From: Callorhinchus milii
Lineage: Eukaryota
DNA length: 64,000 nt
Reading direction: 5' to 3'
NCBI RefSeq assembly: GCF_018977255.1
Contig: NW_024704743.1
Span: forward strand, 86,430,001 to 86,494,000
A model generated the notes under the pieces. That model saw nothing but the letters and a program-made list of their open reading frames with translations. It made no database searches and was not told the origin of the DNA. Both the position numbers and the translations under genes were made by a program. Below, one piece after another: positions 1 to 14,016 of this stretch (its first letter is position 1; each line of letters begins with the position of its first letter).

Positions 1-1347
1 GCTCAGCTACAGAATGAATAAAATCATCAGGATTATGATAATAAATAATAAATAAATAATTACAATAAATAATTGTATCGTATTTGATATAGCAAAGCAT
101 ATTTCAAAGCAGTTTACAGGATTTACTCTACAGTGTAGTGGCCCTGTATTTTTAGGCGATAACATCTATTTTGGAATTAATTTCTCCTCAGTTTGAGTTT
201 CTTCAGTTACTTCACAAAATGTTTCAGGAACATGTGCCAAAAAGAATTGTGTTGTACTGAAACTTCCGACAAAATATACAACAGGACTGTCCAAACATAG
301 TTGAATTCCCATGGCACCAATTGTTCCTAATACACAGTCCCACATAATTGAAGGATTCAGTGAAGCTTCTGTGTGGAGCTCACTGGTGGAGCCACATTGA
401 CCAGGCTAACAGATTTTCATATGACCTTTCTTGCTTTTATAAACAAGGTCAGACCTCGTAAATACAGAAAGATTTTCAAACACTTTATTTGATTTTATAG
501 GTTTTGTTAAGATTGATACACATTTGAGAGCTCTTTTTGAGTCAAACATTGAATGAAAGAAAAGCATAGTTTGATGGTTCCTGAGTATGGATTGGAAACT
601 ATCAAGTTATTTACAGGAAACTACTAGAAGCTGCCTTTGACGTTACTTTCTAATACAAAATACATCTATAATTATCTATTTTTACCTCAATAACTTTTAC
701 TTCAATAACTTCAAGATTGGTTGACCTTTTGCTAATTATTTGACTTTGGTCAAGTTTGCATGAGAGTTTATGAGTTACTTTGGTAATTATCTGATGATGC
801 AATGCTGTTTCACTTTGATGAAATTCATTCAGTAAAGAAGAATTTGAAGCAATGGGATAAACCATCACACCATGTTGTCACAAAACTATATTAAATGCTG
901 TCTCAGTATTACTGGAGTAAGTCTGAACATTAGCATCAAGTATTTAGAAGTATTTTAGAACATTAGCATCAAGTATTTCCTGTTAGCAGGAAATGAATCA
1001 TTGCCAATTGCAATTAAATAAACAGGCAGTTTTGTTCATTCATTACCTCAATGGCTCTTTTCCCAACCAGTCTTAATAATCCTACCTTATTGGATTTTGT
1101 TTCAAAACTAGACTCTAAATAGTAGACTTTTACAATCCAGCAAAAACAAAAGTGAAAATGGCCAGAGTAAAATGTTCATAAAAATATGTTTTAAACATTT
1201 AATGCAATATTTGAGGGTGCACTTAACATAAGTCAGAGTTTTGCAGGAATGTGGAAACAAATGTCTATCAATTATTTGGATAAAAACAGAGTTGACTTTG
1301 TTAAATGTTTGGTGAATTAAGATAGTTTCCATCACTTCGCTTCCCCT

Positions 1348-1933
1348 CAGCTGTATAAAGCAGTAGTCAGATCCCATCTGGAGTACCTCATTAAGTTTTG
1401 GGCACCACACCTCAGGAAAGATATATTAGCCCTGGATATGATGCAGCACAGGTTCAGCCAGAATGTTACCAGGCCTAAAAGGGTTAAGTTACAAGGAAAG
1501 GCTGCGTATTGTATTCCCTTGAGTTTAGATGGTTGAGGGGTGATTAGACTGAGATATTTAAGATGATAAAGAGATTCAATAGGGTAGATACAGAGAAGCT
1601 ATTTCCTCTGGTGGGGGAATCGAAAACTAGGGGACATTGTCTTAAAATTAGAAACTGACATTTTAAGAGTGAAATCAGGAAGTATTTTTTCACTCAAAGG
1701 GTGGTAGAAATCTGGAATTCTCTCCTCCAAAAGGCTGTGGATGCTGGATCCATCCACACCTTCAAGAGTGAGGTTGATAGATTTTTGGTAGGTCAGGGTA
1801 TCAAGGGATATGGGGAGAAAGTGAGAAATTGAAAGGATTATTTGAGGTATAGATCAACCATGATCTAATTAAATGGTAGAACAGGCTCGAAGGGCTGACT
1901 GGCCTACTCCTGTTCCTATATTCCTACGTTCCT
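1348..1933 (+). mobile_element. CR1 LINE 3' fragment, decayed (RT C-terminus and 3' UTR)
   Basis: LYKAVVRSHLEY..WAPHLRKDI-type reading. Similar to the 3' part of the CR1 at 63200-63790. Ends in ggcctactcctgttcctatattcctacgttcct. Confidence 0.8.
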
Positions 1934-2009
1934 TGCATTATGGCTGCTGAGCTTGACCCCAAAGTCGCTCTATTTGTCAGTATATATTAGCAGAAGTTTG
2001 TTGAGGTGC

Positions 2010-2218
2010 TTCAATGAAGCTGTGGTTGAATCAGATAGTTTAGATACATTGAAGAGGAATCTCGACCTTCACATGAGGGAGAGGAGAATAAAGGAGTACG
2101 GAAGGGAGTAAACAAATGTGAAGACTCATCTGGAGTATACACACTGGCATGTATTGGTTGGGCCAAGTGGCCTGTTTCCATACTGTACATTCTTTGTAAC
2201 TTTGTAACTCTTTGTGAT
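2010..2218 (+). mobile_element. CR1 LINE extreme 3' end, decayed
   Basis: gggccaagtggcctgtttccatactgtacattctttgtaac resembles the CR1 end gagccgaatggcctccttctgtgctgta at 63723. Confidence 0.6.
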
Positions 2219-3147
2219 GTGATAAGCAGCTATAAAAATGCACGTTTTCCCCTTCCTCCCTCCGTCATATCATTTGTGACATGATAATGTCATGCACAAC
2301 TAACTTGGGGATAAATTTCATTTGCGTCAGGTGTTGGTGAACAAACGAAAAGTTGCTGGCAAAAAAAAATTGTTCAGGACAATAGCAACACCAGAACGTT
2401 CACATGAAAGCATGCATGGGATGAAATAAGTGGACAAAATAGACTATGGGAAAACTTACAGAAGGAAGTGTATGTGGGGTCAACTGCTTTGTATTACAGC
2501 AATGCTACATTGGTATCTATTAACAACTTCCTTAAACACAATGTAATTCCCATTATAGTGATAGAATAATATTTTTAGGAGCAATCCATGTCTGGTACTT
2601 GGGGCTGTGTAAACTAAAGCAGAATAAGTAAGTTAATGGCAAGTGTTGGATTACAGTGAAGGCATGTTTGCAATCACATACTACTGGAGCACTCAATGTC
2701 TCGAAAGAAAAACACTGCATGTCCGGATCAGAATGCACGTCTTCAATGTGACCATCCCTAGGCTAGAGGAGCATAGTAAACGTGGCTACAGGGCCAGTTT
2801 TGCAATGAAAGTTAATGAAATCCGTGCAAAATTGCTTTCACCAGGGACAAACCAAACAGCATCAGTAGTTCATCTTACTCCATCTATCGGGTTGCAGAGC
2901 TTTGGAAGTAGATGTCAGAGTATACATCTTTTTAATAAAATAACAGAAATGTTAATACAATGTTAAGAAACTTGTGTCATTGTGGTATGTGGAATGATTC
3001 TCTGCAGCAGGATGCAGAAAGTCAGGCTCACAAATTTTACTGAGGTATTACACTAACATTTTTAGCAATATCTTCCAGTTCATTTGTTAGTACCTGGAGT
3101 TGTTTCACAGCGATGTGTTATTTTTCCCATCGCTTTGCTGAATTGAC

Positions 3148-3445
3148 AGCACTCTCAGTTCTGGGTCAGTGGGCTATGAAATGAAATCCCACAATATCCT
3201 AGGCTGACATTCCAGTGCAATACTAATGGAGTGCTGTAGTGCTGATGGTTCCGTCTTAGATGATGCAGTGGATCAAGATCCCATCTGCCCGTTTAGATGG
3301 ATGTTAAAGATCCCGTGACATTATTTAAAAAGAAGAGGCACTTCCCCCCGTTTACCAGGCCTACAATTTCCCAAATTAATCGTTCATTTCATTTTGATTT
3401 GTGAAGCCTTTCAGTATTGTAAAATGGTTGCTGCATTTGCCTGTC
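3148..3445 (+). mobile_element. Old Deu-domain SINE (SacSINE1/AmnSINE1-related), decayed
   Basis: ggctgacattccagtgcaatactaatggagtgctg...gatggatgttaaagatcccgtgacattattt matches the Deu core as I recall it and the copy at 53258. Confidence 0.65.
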
Positions 3446-3668
3446 CAGTATTTACCCTCAGACATGATGTCTCTCTCAGGAATGCTGTGTCTCTCGGGGA
3501 TCCTGTAACCTCTAATGTTAACGAAGAATCATTTTGAAGGAACAGAACTGGATATCAACAAGCTATCTCAGAACAGGAACCCGAGGCCTGAAATTTCACC
3601 TGGTCTCAACCTGATTCCCAGTTAGTGGTCACCAGCACAATTTCAAAAAACACGCAGATATTTCTTAC

Positions 3669-3835
3669 CTGTAGTTTTGCTTTTCACTGGCCAATTGAAA
3701 CTTCTCATAAAAGGAATATGCTCGGTTTCCCTCCCAGTCTCTGAGCTCGATTCTTAAAGAGTATTGGCGCTGGCTAGTTAGTAGGAAGATCATCTCATTT
3801 CCTAGCCAGTGTTCACCAGCTAGACTGCCAAATCC
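3669..3835 (-). CDS. ANGPT1: Angiopoietin exon 7: GFGSLAGEHWLGNEMIFLLTSQRQYSLRIELRDWEGNRAYSFYEKFQLASEKQNY(R)
   Basis: Not in the ORF track. Acceptor tttttccctag|GGA, donor TACAG|gtaaga, 167 nt. GFG..GExWLGN motif plus ANGPT1-like TSQRQY.LRIEL.DWEGNRAYS and EKQNYR. Confidence 0.95.
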
Positions 3836-6800
3836 CTAGGGAAAAATTCATACAAATAATTAAACTTCAGTCCAAGTAATGGCAATTCTGGATGTAAACT
3901 GGAGTTTAACGTGTGAGTTCCAACGGGATTGCTTAATAAGGAATTGTTGTCTTCTAGTCCTTGTGCTGAAACTTTTTACACAGTGGATGTGGAATTTATT
4001 GGTAACTATTGACATTTGAATGTTAATACCCTCAAAAAGTATTTTATTTATTATTAATGTGTACTTACAATAAAACAACCTTTAAAAATACATTCAACTA
4101 GCAAAGATGAAACACAGTGCACGTTGTGGAGTAACAATAGATTATAAGGAAAACTATAGAATTAACAGATTATAGAGGTTAATGGTATTCTCAATGGATT
4201 GGCTTTTCAATAAACTACAATTGATCATTCACCTCTTGGCTTTTTATACAATACAAAATTATATTTGTATAGTGCCTTTCACGTCAGGAGGACGTTCCAA
4301 GGCGCTGGACATCCCAAGGGGTATAGATCACACATTTATGGGACATTGCTGTGTATAAACTGACTATCGTTTAGTCCACAAATACACAGTCACCCCACTT
4401 AACAGCAATTACTGTTAAGCATTTTGAAACATTGACATCATAGACCCTAGAGCAAATGCAAGGATTATTTTATTATGAAAACATTAGTTTCATTTTTTAT
4501 GTATTTATTCTAAGATCAACAAAAATCACTTTCTCTACTTCCCCAGTGGATGAGTTTGTAGTTTTAACCATATCACGTACAGTAACACAAAATAGCTTCC
4601 TAAGTGTAAATCACATAAAAAGAAAACATTGACAGATATTCCATGGAGATCTACAAAACCCAACTTTAAATATAGGCTCGAGGGCTGGAAGCAACAAAAT
4701 CTTAAAGTTTTCCTCATTCTGCTGCAATTGAACAATATCCACAATAACATGCACATTTGTAGCTCAGTTATGTAACAAAACAAAATTCTGTGTGGTTTAT
4801 ATAAACCCTTGGATTACATCCATTCTAGACATCTGGAATACTACAAGCTTTATGAAAAAAACTCGGAGTTGGTTGTTTCCACTGTTAGAATCACTGTATT
4901 CTGTAGCTAACATTGTTTTGAAACCATTCCCAGGATGTTTGTGTTTTATAGTTATGGTTTTTATGTGGTTTAAGTGAAACCACCTTGGGCTTTGTATAAC
5001 TCTCAAACTAATCCAAGGCATGTTTTTGACAATGCAATAAATTATTCCTAAAGTATAAACTGTAGGTGTATATCAGGTTACTCTGCTTCCAGACCTTTTT
5101 CCCCGTTCCACAACTCTTATTTGGGTAGCATAGATAATTGGGAAAAAGAAAACCATAAAGCTTTCCATTCCAGAATCAGACTTCACTGAAGAATAATGCT
5201 GAATAAAGTTTTCCTTAGAGGCATACTGGGATTTATTTTACATTGAAGTAAGAATACTTCCCCTCCAAACACACACACCTCAAAGGACTCAATGCTTGAG
5301 TAAAGGCTCTAGACTTATTTTACCAAGAACTAGTCAGTAGCAGGTGGTATGCACTTGCTAAGTTAAAAGATTGAAGTACATTTTCTTTGCTGCATGCTAG
5401 CTTTATAACTTGAAAGTTAATAAAAAAAGTTAATACAACTTTTTTTTTACCTGAATCAGATTAGTGCAACTGATTAGCGCCTGAATGGTTAACCACATTA
5501 AATTCATAGGAGAAAAGGGAATAGAGGAAAATAGGATGAGTGGAGACTCTTGCGCAATACAAACAATGGCATGGACTAGTTGAACCAAAATGGCCTGTTT
5601 CGGTGCTGTACAATCAGTATAATTCTATTTATTTTTTCCTCTAGTCTTTTTGACACATGTCGACATCCACAGGCATACTACATCCACCGAATATGGAAGG
5701 CGCTAGGTCAAATGTAAGGATTATTTTATCTGGGGAATTGTTGGCCTGGACACCGGGAGAAACTTCCTTCTCTTTTGGAATAATGAAAGATGTTTTTTTT
5801 CCCCTCCTGACAATATTTCACTATATCAGGATTTGTCTATATAATACAAATGACTGGTTGAGTGATACTGGCTGATGAGAACACATGTAGTTTGGCTTCA
5901 GATACAAAGAAAAGGAAAATCAACTTGAAATGGCTGCATTCTTGGCATTGATTCAAGGAATGACCGAGGAAAAGAATAATTGAGTCAAAGAGTCCCTGAA
6001 CAAAAGGAGAGGTCCTGTGCTTTGATTTCTGAGACTGTGAACGTGATTTGAATCTGACAAAACAGTTCACAACATGTATCACAGACTCCTGCGTGACCCC
6101 AGAGTATGATTGCAGCCTATGGAGGTTCCGGATTCCCAGCAGGAGATCAGAGTCTCAAAGGAGTTCCACATGATAGGCTAGAGATACTGTTAGGAATGAG
6201 TAATATTTAATATTTAATTATAATAAGAATCCTTGCATTTAGTATAGCACCTTTCACGTCTTTTAAAGGACATCTCATAGGTTTTACTGTAAAGTGTAGT
6301 CATTGTATATTTTGTAACAATAATAGGCAAATGTTGGCAAATGTAGTAGTCAAACAGCAACTTGCGCACAGCAATGTTCCGCAAACAGCTATGAGTTGAG
6401 TGATTAATTGTATCTGGGAGATTGTTAGCCAAGTCTATGTTAAATCGACGTTAAAGCTTCCATGACTCTGTTCAAACAGAGAAGGGAGTTTCTGCTGATG
6501 TCCCAGCCAACAATCCTCCAGATAACTTGCTTGTTCACCTCATGCCCCTGTTTGTGGGACCTTGCTGTGTCAAACAAAAACAGTCCCCACCCTATACAAT
6601 GATTACTGTAAATCACTTTAAGATATTTTAATGTGGTAGTTTGAAATACAAGTTTTTTTTTGTAAATGCAGATGCAAGTGAACTTTTTAACTTGGATTGT
6701 AAACCCTGAACTGCAGAGCACAGGCTATAAACATAGACAAACCTCAAGTGAAATGATACAAAAAGCACTCAATAGAGTTGATCCAATCCCTTCCCGGTCT

Positions 6801-7387
6801 CACCCCTCTCTACTTATACCATCTTCTCCAGGCCTGCTCTCCCATTCATATCCTTCACTATCCCTACTCCAGTTTATTGCCCACTTCTCAATCCTCCGTT
6901 CAACTATCAGTGTCTGAGTCCTGCTCTCTGAAACAACCCAACAGCCTTAAAATAAAGACATGTCAAAGCGCTTCACAAAATTTATTGTAAAGTATAGTGG
7001 CAGTGTAGTTTTTGGTGAAGGTGGCACTTAATTTGCCCCAACAATGTCCCACAGACAGAACCTTAGTTTAATGTCTCATCCAAAGTGTTCCCGCAACACT
7101 GTATTGGAGTGTCAACCTAAGCTGTGAGTTTCAAAGTCCTGATATGGGGCTTGAACTCATAAATTTCTGACATGAAGGTATGACTACTCTTGTGATGTGC
7201 AGATTGGATCCTTCAAACAAGTGTTGTTTAAATATTTTTGTAGCAAGGCAGTTGGTGGCTATAGGGATGAATAAAAGCAGAGATATCAAATTTCTATTGA
7301 AGACTCCTGTGTGGTCAGGATTGTGGTAACAAGTATGTACGTAAGTTAATACCCACTTGCATTTATATAAGAATTTGTAAGTAGCAC

Positions 7388-7965
7388 CAACATCAACAAC
7401 AAGTTGCACTCTTCACAAAGGAACATCTCAAAGCATTTAACAATAACGTAGTTTGACGCTGAGCTGGAGAGAGAGGGGAGATACTAGTAGGCATGGTCGA
7501 AGAGGAAAATTTTCTGGTGTGATATGAAGATGGTAGAAGAGGCAGGCATGGTGGAGAGATTGAGGCAGGGAATTCCAGAGGGTCAGGGAATAATGGCTGA
7601 AAGCACGGCTGCTGATGGTGGAGCAGTTGGTTTGAGGAGCGTGCAAAAGACTAGAGGCAGCTGAGTGAAGAAGGCAGTTAGAGGAGTGGGATGTGAGCAA
7701 GTGGAAGAGATAGGGAGGTGCCAGGGCATGAAGATGTGTGTGAGGATTGTGAAATCAATTTGTTTAGCAACAGAGAGCCACTGGAGCCTGGCAAAGACTG
7801 GGGTGATGAGGTTGCTGAGTTTGGAACAGGTGAAGATATGAGTAGCAGAGTTCTGAATCAGTTAGACTGTGTGAACAGTGGTGCTGGGGTGTCTGGCAAG
7901 GAGTAATTGGAGAAATTGAGGCAGAAGATGGCGAAAGCACGGATGAAGGTTTCAGCAGCGTTGGG
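7388..7965 (-). mobile_element. L2 LINE 3' fragment
   Basis: Minus-strand reading contains SRAFSHYSLTLWNSLPQSL (L2 ORF2 C-terminal motif); (GTT)n-type tail near 7390. Confidence 0.75.
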
Positions 7966-9429
7966 TGTGAGAAACAAATATAACTACAAAATACAATAAA
8001 TAAATACAACAAATGTCTAAAAGAGCTTCCGAAAATAAAATTGGTCAGACAAACATGGCAGCTAATCTGCATTCGTAGATCAAACACACAATAAAAATGG
8101 AAATCAGAAATGGAATGAATTTCTTATTTTTATAATTGTTTTGTTCAATGCACATTCAGGTTTCCAGCAACATAGCTAACAATCCATTAAACAAAAGTAA
8201 AATATGTATAATTTACATAAATGCATGCATGCTGCCCCAAACTGTGTGTCAAGGAATAAATCTGCCAGGAATTTACATTACCAACACTGACCTAAGAAAA
8301 AGTATTTAATTTAGGCTTCCACTGCGACAATCCCTGAGGGTGCACTTATTAAAATGGATTGTATCAAATAATACGGAATACAGCCATCATGGTATTACTC
8401 AAGCAAATATCTAGGAAATGTTTTGAAATTATCTTTCTGTTTTCAACTGCAGCCAGACACTGTGGCTACCCATTTCCTTGTGGCTTGTGACGTGTCTTTG
8501 CTCTCACCAGACTTCCTCACTGAGACATTTTCCCTACATTTATGTAAGTTCTGACAAATCTCACCTCAATACTTCCAACATGCATGTTGCTCCAAACTGT
8601 GTTATACTTAATTAACACTCATAGGGGAGGGGGGTGGGTGGGAGTGGGGGAATTTGTAACATTTGGAAACAAATTGAATCAAAAAGAATTTCAATGGATA
8701 ATTATCAACTGGTTTCAAGTCTGAACACTCTGCTGCTTTGGTACAAGTTCTGCAAAACCTTCTGAAAATCATTTGGCCACCCTTTTAGGTAATAGTTGAG
8801 CAGGATCGTGAGAAGAATATAATGATATAAGAATATTATTATGAAATTAATATAATATAATGAAAATAATATCCTGTCCGTTTGATATACAGCCTGCAAC
8901 AGATTTAGTGTAATGCAAGTTTAGTGACTTCGTATCTAAAGGCAATCTTGGCATCTAATTTGTACACAAACATCATCTTAATAATAATTTTGACGTGAAT
9001 GACCAATTTATCTGGAGGAATTTTGACCAGGCCAACTGGAGTAACTGTTTTCAAATAACATGATGGGATTTTTAAAATCCAGCTCAACATCAGACAGGAC
9101 CTTAGTTTAACATCTAATGTGAAGGACAATCTCCCTATATTATGCTTAAATGCTTATACTATGAGCTCAAAGTCCCGACAAAACACTTGAATGCCCCAAA
9201 TTCTGACTCAGATTCGAGTGGTTATATATGATATGAGTGCTGCTTTATAGGATCCCAGCTGATTTGCAACGATCAATGATAATTGGGAGCACAGAGACCT
9301 TTGGGCTGAACCATTGTGCCAGTGCTCTAATAATTATCACATCAAACACATCTGTATCCAGTGAGCAGCTAGCATGGCACAGACATGATGCGCTGAACTT
9401 TCTATGAAAGCATTTCCTCACATGCTCAC

Positions 9430-9531
9430 CATTTTATATTCTTTCCAGGTTCTTTGAAAATCAACACTGCCATCTTTTCTGTGTTGTATGACTGTCCAGC
9501 CACCCCCTGCAGTCTCCATATTACAGTACAC
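9430..9531 (-). CDS. ANGPT1: Angiopoietin exon 6: [34 protein letters not shown]
   Basis: Not in the ORF track. Acceptor tatttgcag|GTG, donor ATG|gtgagc, 102 nt. Fibrinogen-domain signature [27 protein letters not shown]. Confidence 0.95.
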
Positions 9532-10671
9532 CTGCAAATATAAACAATGGCACATTCAGACCTTAGTCAAAGCAAGTTGAGGTACATAGTTCCTATTCAC
9601 TCACTGATTTGCATGACTACTATACAGCCAGGTAGACTTTCAATGGGACGTGTAACTTACATCTAAGGTTTGTGACTATTATCAACTCAGACAATAACAT
9701 TGCACTGTAATGCTGATGTTTTTTTTGAAATGAGAGAAGTATTCATATTCATGTACATCTGGTACACTATGGATAGTTTCCTCTATACAGGTAAGAATCA
9801 GTACAAATTACAAATACTTGGTAAGAGAAATTGAACATCGAGCTTTCATAACTTGTCTGTGAAGCAATATGCTTAATATTCACATTTGTCTCTTCTCATT
9901 TAACAATAATGTTTGGATCTTCATGAAAAATAACAGAAAATATTAAAAGCTCCTGCTGTACACCTTTTTTAAATCCTCCAAATTATTTCTTCAATAACAA
10001 TTCATCAACTTATTGAAATTAATTTCTGAAATGTAAAGGAGGTTGCAATATAGTAGGGGAATCATTTTGAGAATACAGCAACAGTCTGCATTAACATAGC
10101 ACTCTTCATGTGGGTAGTGTCTCGGAATGCTTTTACAGGTCACAATGTTCTAGTATGGACTTTGCCAGTGATATAGTTTTCCAATGACTCTTGACTCACG
10201 TAAGTCTTCAGAGTTACATAAAATCTTCAGTTACTAATAATAATCCTTATATTTGACATAGTGCCTTTTATTTTGGAGAGAATGTCTCAAAGCACTTCAA
10301 AGGGTACACTGTACGTAGTAGGCGAATGCAACAAGCAAACAAAAACTAAACCCACCAGTCAATGCTGAGAGCCATTGTTGAAAACAATATTGTATGCAAA
10401 AGCTTGACCGTAAATACTTTGAAACAAAATAAAACTTCAGAATGGTAATTAATTTGTTTCTCTGGGTTAAGAGGATGTTGATTCAAATCCCACATTAGCA
10501 CCTGCACTCCAGGTTGGCACTCCAGGGAACACTTTATTATTGGAGGTGTCATCTTTTAGATGAAATATTAAACTGTTAGTTTGCCTGTTCAGGTGCTTTA
10601 TTAAAAGAGTTTAACCCAATGTTCCTGGCCACAATCCACCAGCTAAATTTGTCAAGCCATGTCATGATTTA

Positions 10672-11663
10672 TGAATTCACATGATTTATGTCCATTGCAA
10701 GCTTCAAAAGTTACTTGTATAATGAAAACAACCACACTTTATGAAGCATTTTGACACATTTTCGATGTTATAAGCACTATATAAAAATAAAGGATTATTA
10801 TATTTTGATTAACTGAATTGACATTGATGGCTTCAGTTACTTTCCCTTTCCCAGTTATTCAGCTGTCATAGGCTAGAAGGCTAAAGGTATGTAAAGTGTA
10901 TTTGTGGGCAAACTCAGCAGGCAATTAATACATAACAATGTCCCACAAGCACGAATGAAGTAAGTGACTAATTTTGTTTGGGGGATTATTGGCCAGGACA
11001 CTTGGGAGAGAGACACTCCCTTCTCTTTTTTAATTGAATATTTGTATTTTATCTTATTCATAAATTCTGCCTTCATTTAGGAACTGCTTTTCTGCGGTTC
11101 TTAAAAAGGACCCAGGAAAATGATGACTGAAGTAAGAATTTGACAAGTATGCTATATGATTCCCTGCATTATGACAGTCTGAGCTGAAATTAAGGGAAAG
11201 TTTGAAAATTCCAAATGGCAATCATATATCATTATGTGAAGAATTATGGACGAATGGGAGAAGTAATTATTCAGTAATAAAAAGGGTCAAGTCATATAAA
11301 CTGAGAGCAAAGCTGAATTCCAGCCTGATTACTCTCTCCCAATCACCTATTGTTTTTTCTTTTCTATATTATGATATCAACACAATGAAAACAGCACTGA
11401 TGACCATTAAATCTTGTGCTAAAATTACTTTGACTGAGGGCTGTGAATCTGTTCTCAATTTAGAAGCAAAATTATAGCACCAACAGAGGATAATACGTTG
11501 CTCAGGCTTTGCATCCTGAATTCACATGATTTATGTCCATTGCAAGCTTCAAAAGTTACTTATATAATGAAAACAACCACACTTTATGAAGCATTTTGAC
11601 GCATTCTCGATGTTATAAGCACTATATAAAAATAAAGGATTATTATATTTTGATTAACTGAAT
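10672..11663 (+). repeat. 147 bp near-identical direct duplication (10672-10818 and 11517-11663)
   Basis: Direct comparison: tgaattcacatgatttatgtcc...ttttgattaactgaat in both copies; three substitutions seen. Confidence 0.9.
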
Positions 11664-13614
11664 GGGATTGTGTAAAAAGGACAGAATTTGAAAGTAAGTG
11701 TAGCTTACCAATATCTTACCCTAAAATGGTGTGAAATGTTTTAGAGGATGTAAGGCCAGAAAATCCACCTGGATTCTTAAAATTTCATATAATGTAAAAC
11801 TTTGACTTATTTTTAAATTCGGCCTTAATTTAGGAACGGGGTTTAAAAAAAAAGGACCCAGAAAAAATGATTTCAAAAATAAGATTGAAATTAAGAATTT
11901 GACAAAATTCTGCACAATCTCCTGAAATTCTAAGATAATAATAATGATCATTGCGTTTGATGCACCTTTATCATGTCTTCAAAACATCTCGATGCAATCC
12001 ATAGGATTTATTTTAGTGTGTGTTTGTAATAATATTAAATTCAAACTAGGTGGAGTTTCTGAACCAGATGTCAGAATCTATTAAATCTAGTTCATTTATA
12101 ATTTGTTATGCCGGTCACAATGTTAACATCACATCCTATGTGCAGGAAACATCACTTTGTTATCTAAGCAGTAGATAAAACACATCAAGTTTATAAGAAC
12201 TTGGCACCGAGCAGATATTAAAACTCCAAGTTATTATAGAAACAGAGAAGGAAGCTCAACCAGACGATTGATAGATTGACCATGTACCTCATAGTTGTTT
12301 ATGAAACTTTGTTGTGCTCAAATTGTTGCCTTGTATGGCTAAAAAATAGATTTACTAAACTTGACAACAATTACTTGTGAAGCACTTTGAGGAGGTTTAA
12401 TATGAGACGGTGCTATAAAAATGCGAGTTCTTTCTTTCTATTTGCCACCAAATTCCATTTAATAACTCACACAATAATGATGTGTCAAAGAGCTAATCTC
12501 TACCAACAACACAGAATGTAATCTTTTCCTGACAAATTTAAAAGAGAGGGAATATCAGCTAGGTTGCCAAAATAACTATCTGATTTTCTTTAAACAAAAC
12601 AACTTTGTATAACATCATCACATAGGATAATGTCTCAGAGCACTGTACCACAGGATTTGTAATCACCAGAACAGATAAAGAACAGATTTAACTTCTCATC
12701 TGAAGCACAGAGGCTTAAACCATGCAGAACTCTCCCCAATACTGCACTGGAGTGTCAGGCCAGAGAATGGGCTCATGTTCCTGTGTGGACCCACAATCAT
12801 CTGACCCGCAGTTACCAACTAAGCCAAGATGACAGTGAAGCAATCTCTATGTGGAACACAACAAACTCTATGGTTTATTGCTTAAAAGCGTGATCTAAAT
12901 GAATAATTATATTGGGTCTATAACTGAAATTAATTTGTTTATGAATCCGATAAAAACAAGAAATATATTTTTATCAAATAAACTTACAAATACAATTATG
13001 AATAAAGAACAAATTTGTAAATGCCAAGATAACACAACATTCAAAGGGTTTGGTTCAGCAAATTATTTAGATAAGATAATAGATTCATCATATGACAGGG
13101 AAATGCACAAATTAATTCTATTCTGGTCAATTTCATTTTGGCACTGAGTGACTCCATAGTTTTCCATGCCAGGTCTCAAAGTCCATTTCTGCCTGTAGTT
13201 GCTGGTCAATATGACTTTGTACTGTGTCATGTGAAGGAGAGACTCAACTGTCAACTGTTCAGATCACATTCAGCAAAGCAGAAAGATATTCTCCACAAAA
13301 CTCCCACTCCTGTTTAGAACATTACTTTGTCAAGAGTCTCTGATTTCAGGAGCTGCTAAAGAAAGTTTCTGGCAGGTTGGCAGGAGGGGGGTGGGTGAGG
13401 GTGAGGAGAATTTTCCTCACAGGTCACTGCTTGGATGTGGTTATGTAGCTGTCAATCTGATTCTTGTTGCTGTCGTCTTGTTGGAGAATGTGAGGGAGAG
13501 AGAACTGGCAAGTGCTGACAAGCATTTTCATGGAAGTATACTGTAAACACTTAACTTGATATTCAACTATTTCTTACTGGCTTGTACACAGCTAATTGTG
13601 GAACATGGAGAATA

Positions 13615-13860
13615 TAGGCCTAAAATTCCACTGATTTTTTAGTCTATGAGATCATTTTGTTTTAAAAAAATGAAGACAATACTTAAATGCAGTAAGAATG
13701 GAAATATTGCTTAATGCGGTAATTAATTTGAATAAAAGTTTTGTTACAAACTATGGAATAAACATCTTCCATATTAAGACAAAATTTCACACAATTCTGC
13801 ACAATCTTAAACATTGATTTTATTCTTCATAATCAATAATTAAGCAGAATTTTGAGCTTT
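13615..13860. mobile_element. MITE-like old repeat with degenerate terminal inverted repeats
   Basis: Starts taggcctaaaattcc and ends agaattttgagcttt. Internal gacaaaattt..aattctgcacaatct is shared with 11753-11930. Confidence 0.4.
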
Positions 13861-13897
13861 GCATGACCTAAAGTTGTCTCTTTAACATGGTTCTTAC

Positions 13898-14016
13898 CTT
13901 TTTGGGCTCTGACGTGTTGCTGATATGAATACTGTAGACCCCACTAGTATTGAAACCAGCATGATAGGCCTCTGCACAGTCTTTGAATGATTTCTCTTTG
14001 GTGCATTTTAATGCAG
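13898..14016 (-). CDS. ANGPT1: Angiopoietin exon 5 (linker and start of fibrinogen-like domain): (A)ALKCTKEKSFKDCAEAYHAGFNTSGVYSIHISNTSEPKK
   Basis: Acceptor tttttttatctacag|CTG, donor AAG|gtaaga, 119 nt, phase 1 to 0. Resembles ANGPT1 FRDCADVYQAGFNKSGIYTIYINNMPEPKK. Confidence 0.93.

Noticed and set aside
925..978. gaacattagcatcaagtattt repeated twice with a short spacer (array-like)
   Set aside because: Only two units in vertebrate intron sequence; an ordinary slippage duplication, not a CRISPR-like array.
1..3668. Angiopoietin exons 8-9
   Set aside because: No FSTKD.DNDNC.CKC or WWFDACGPSNLNG reading found on the minus strand; probably beyond the window start.
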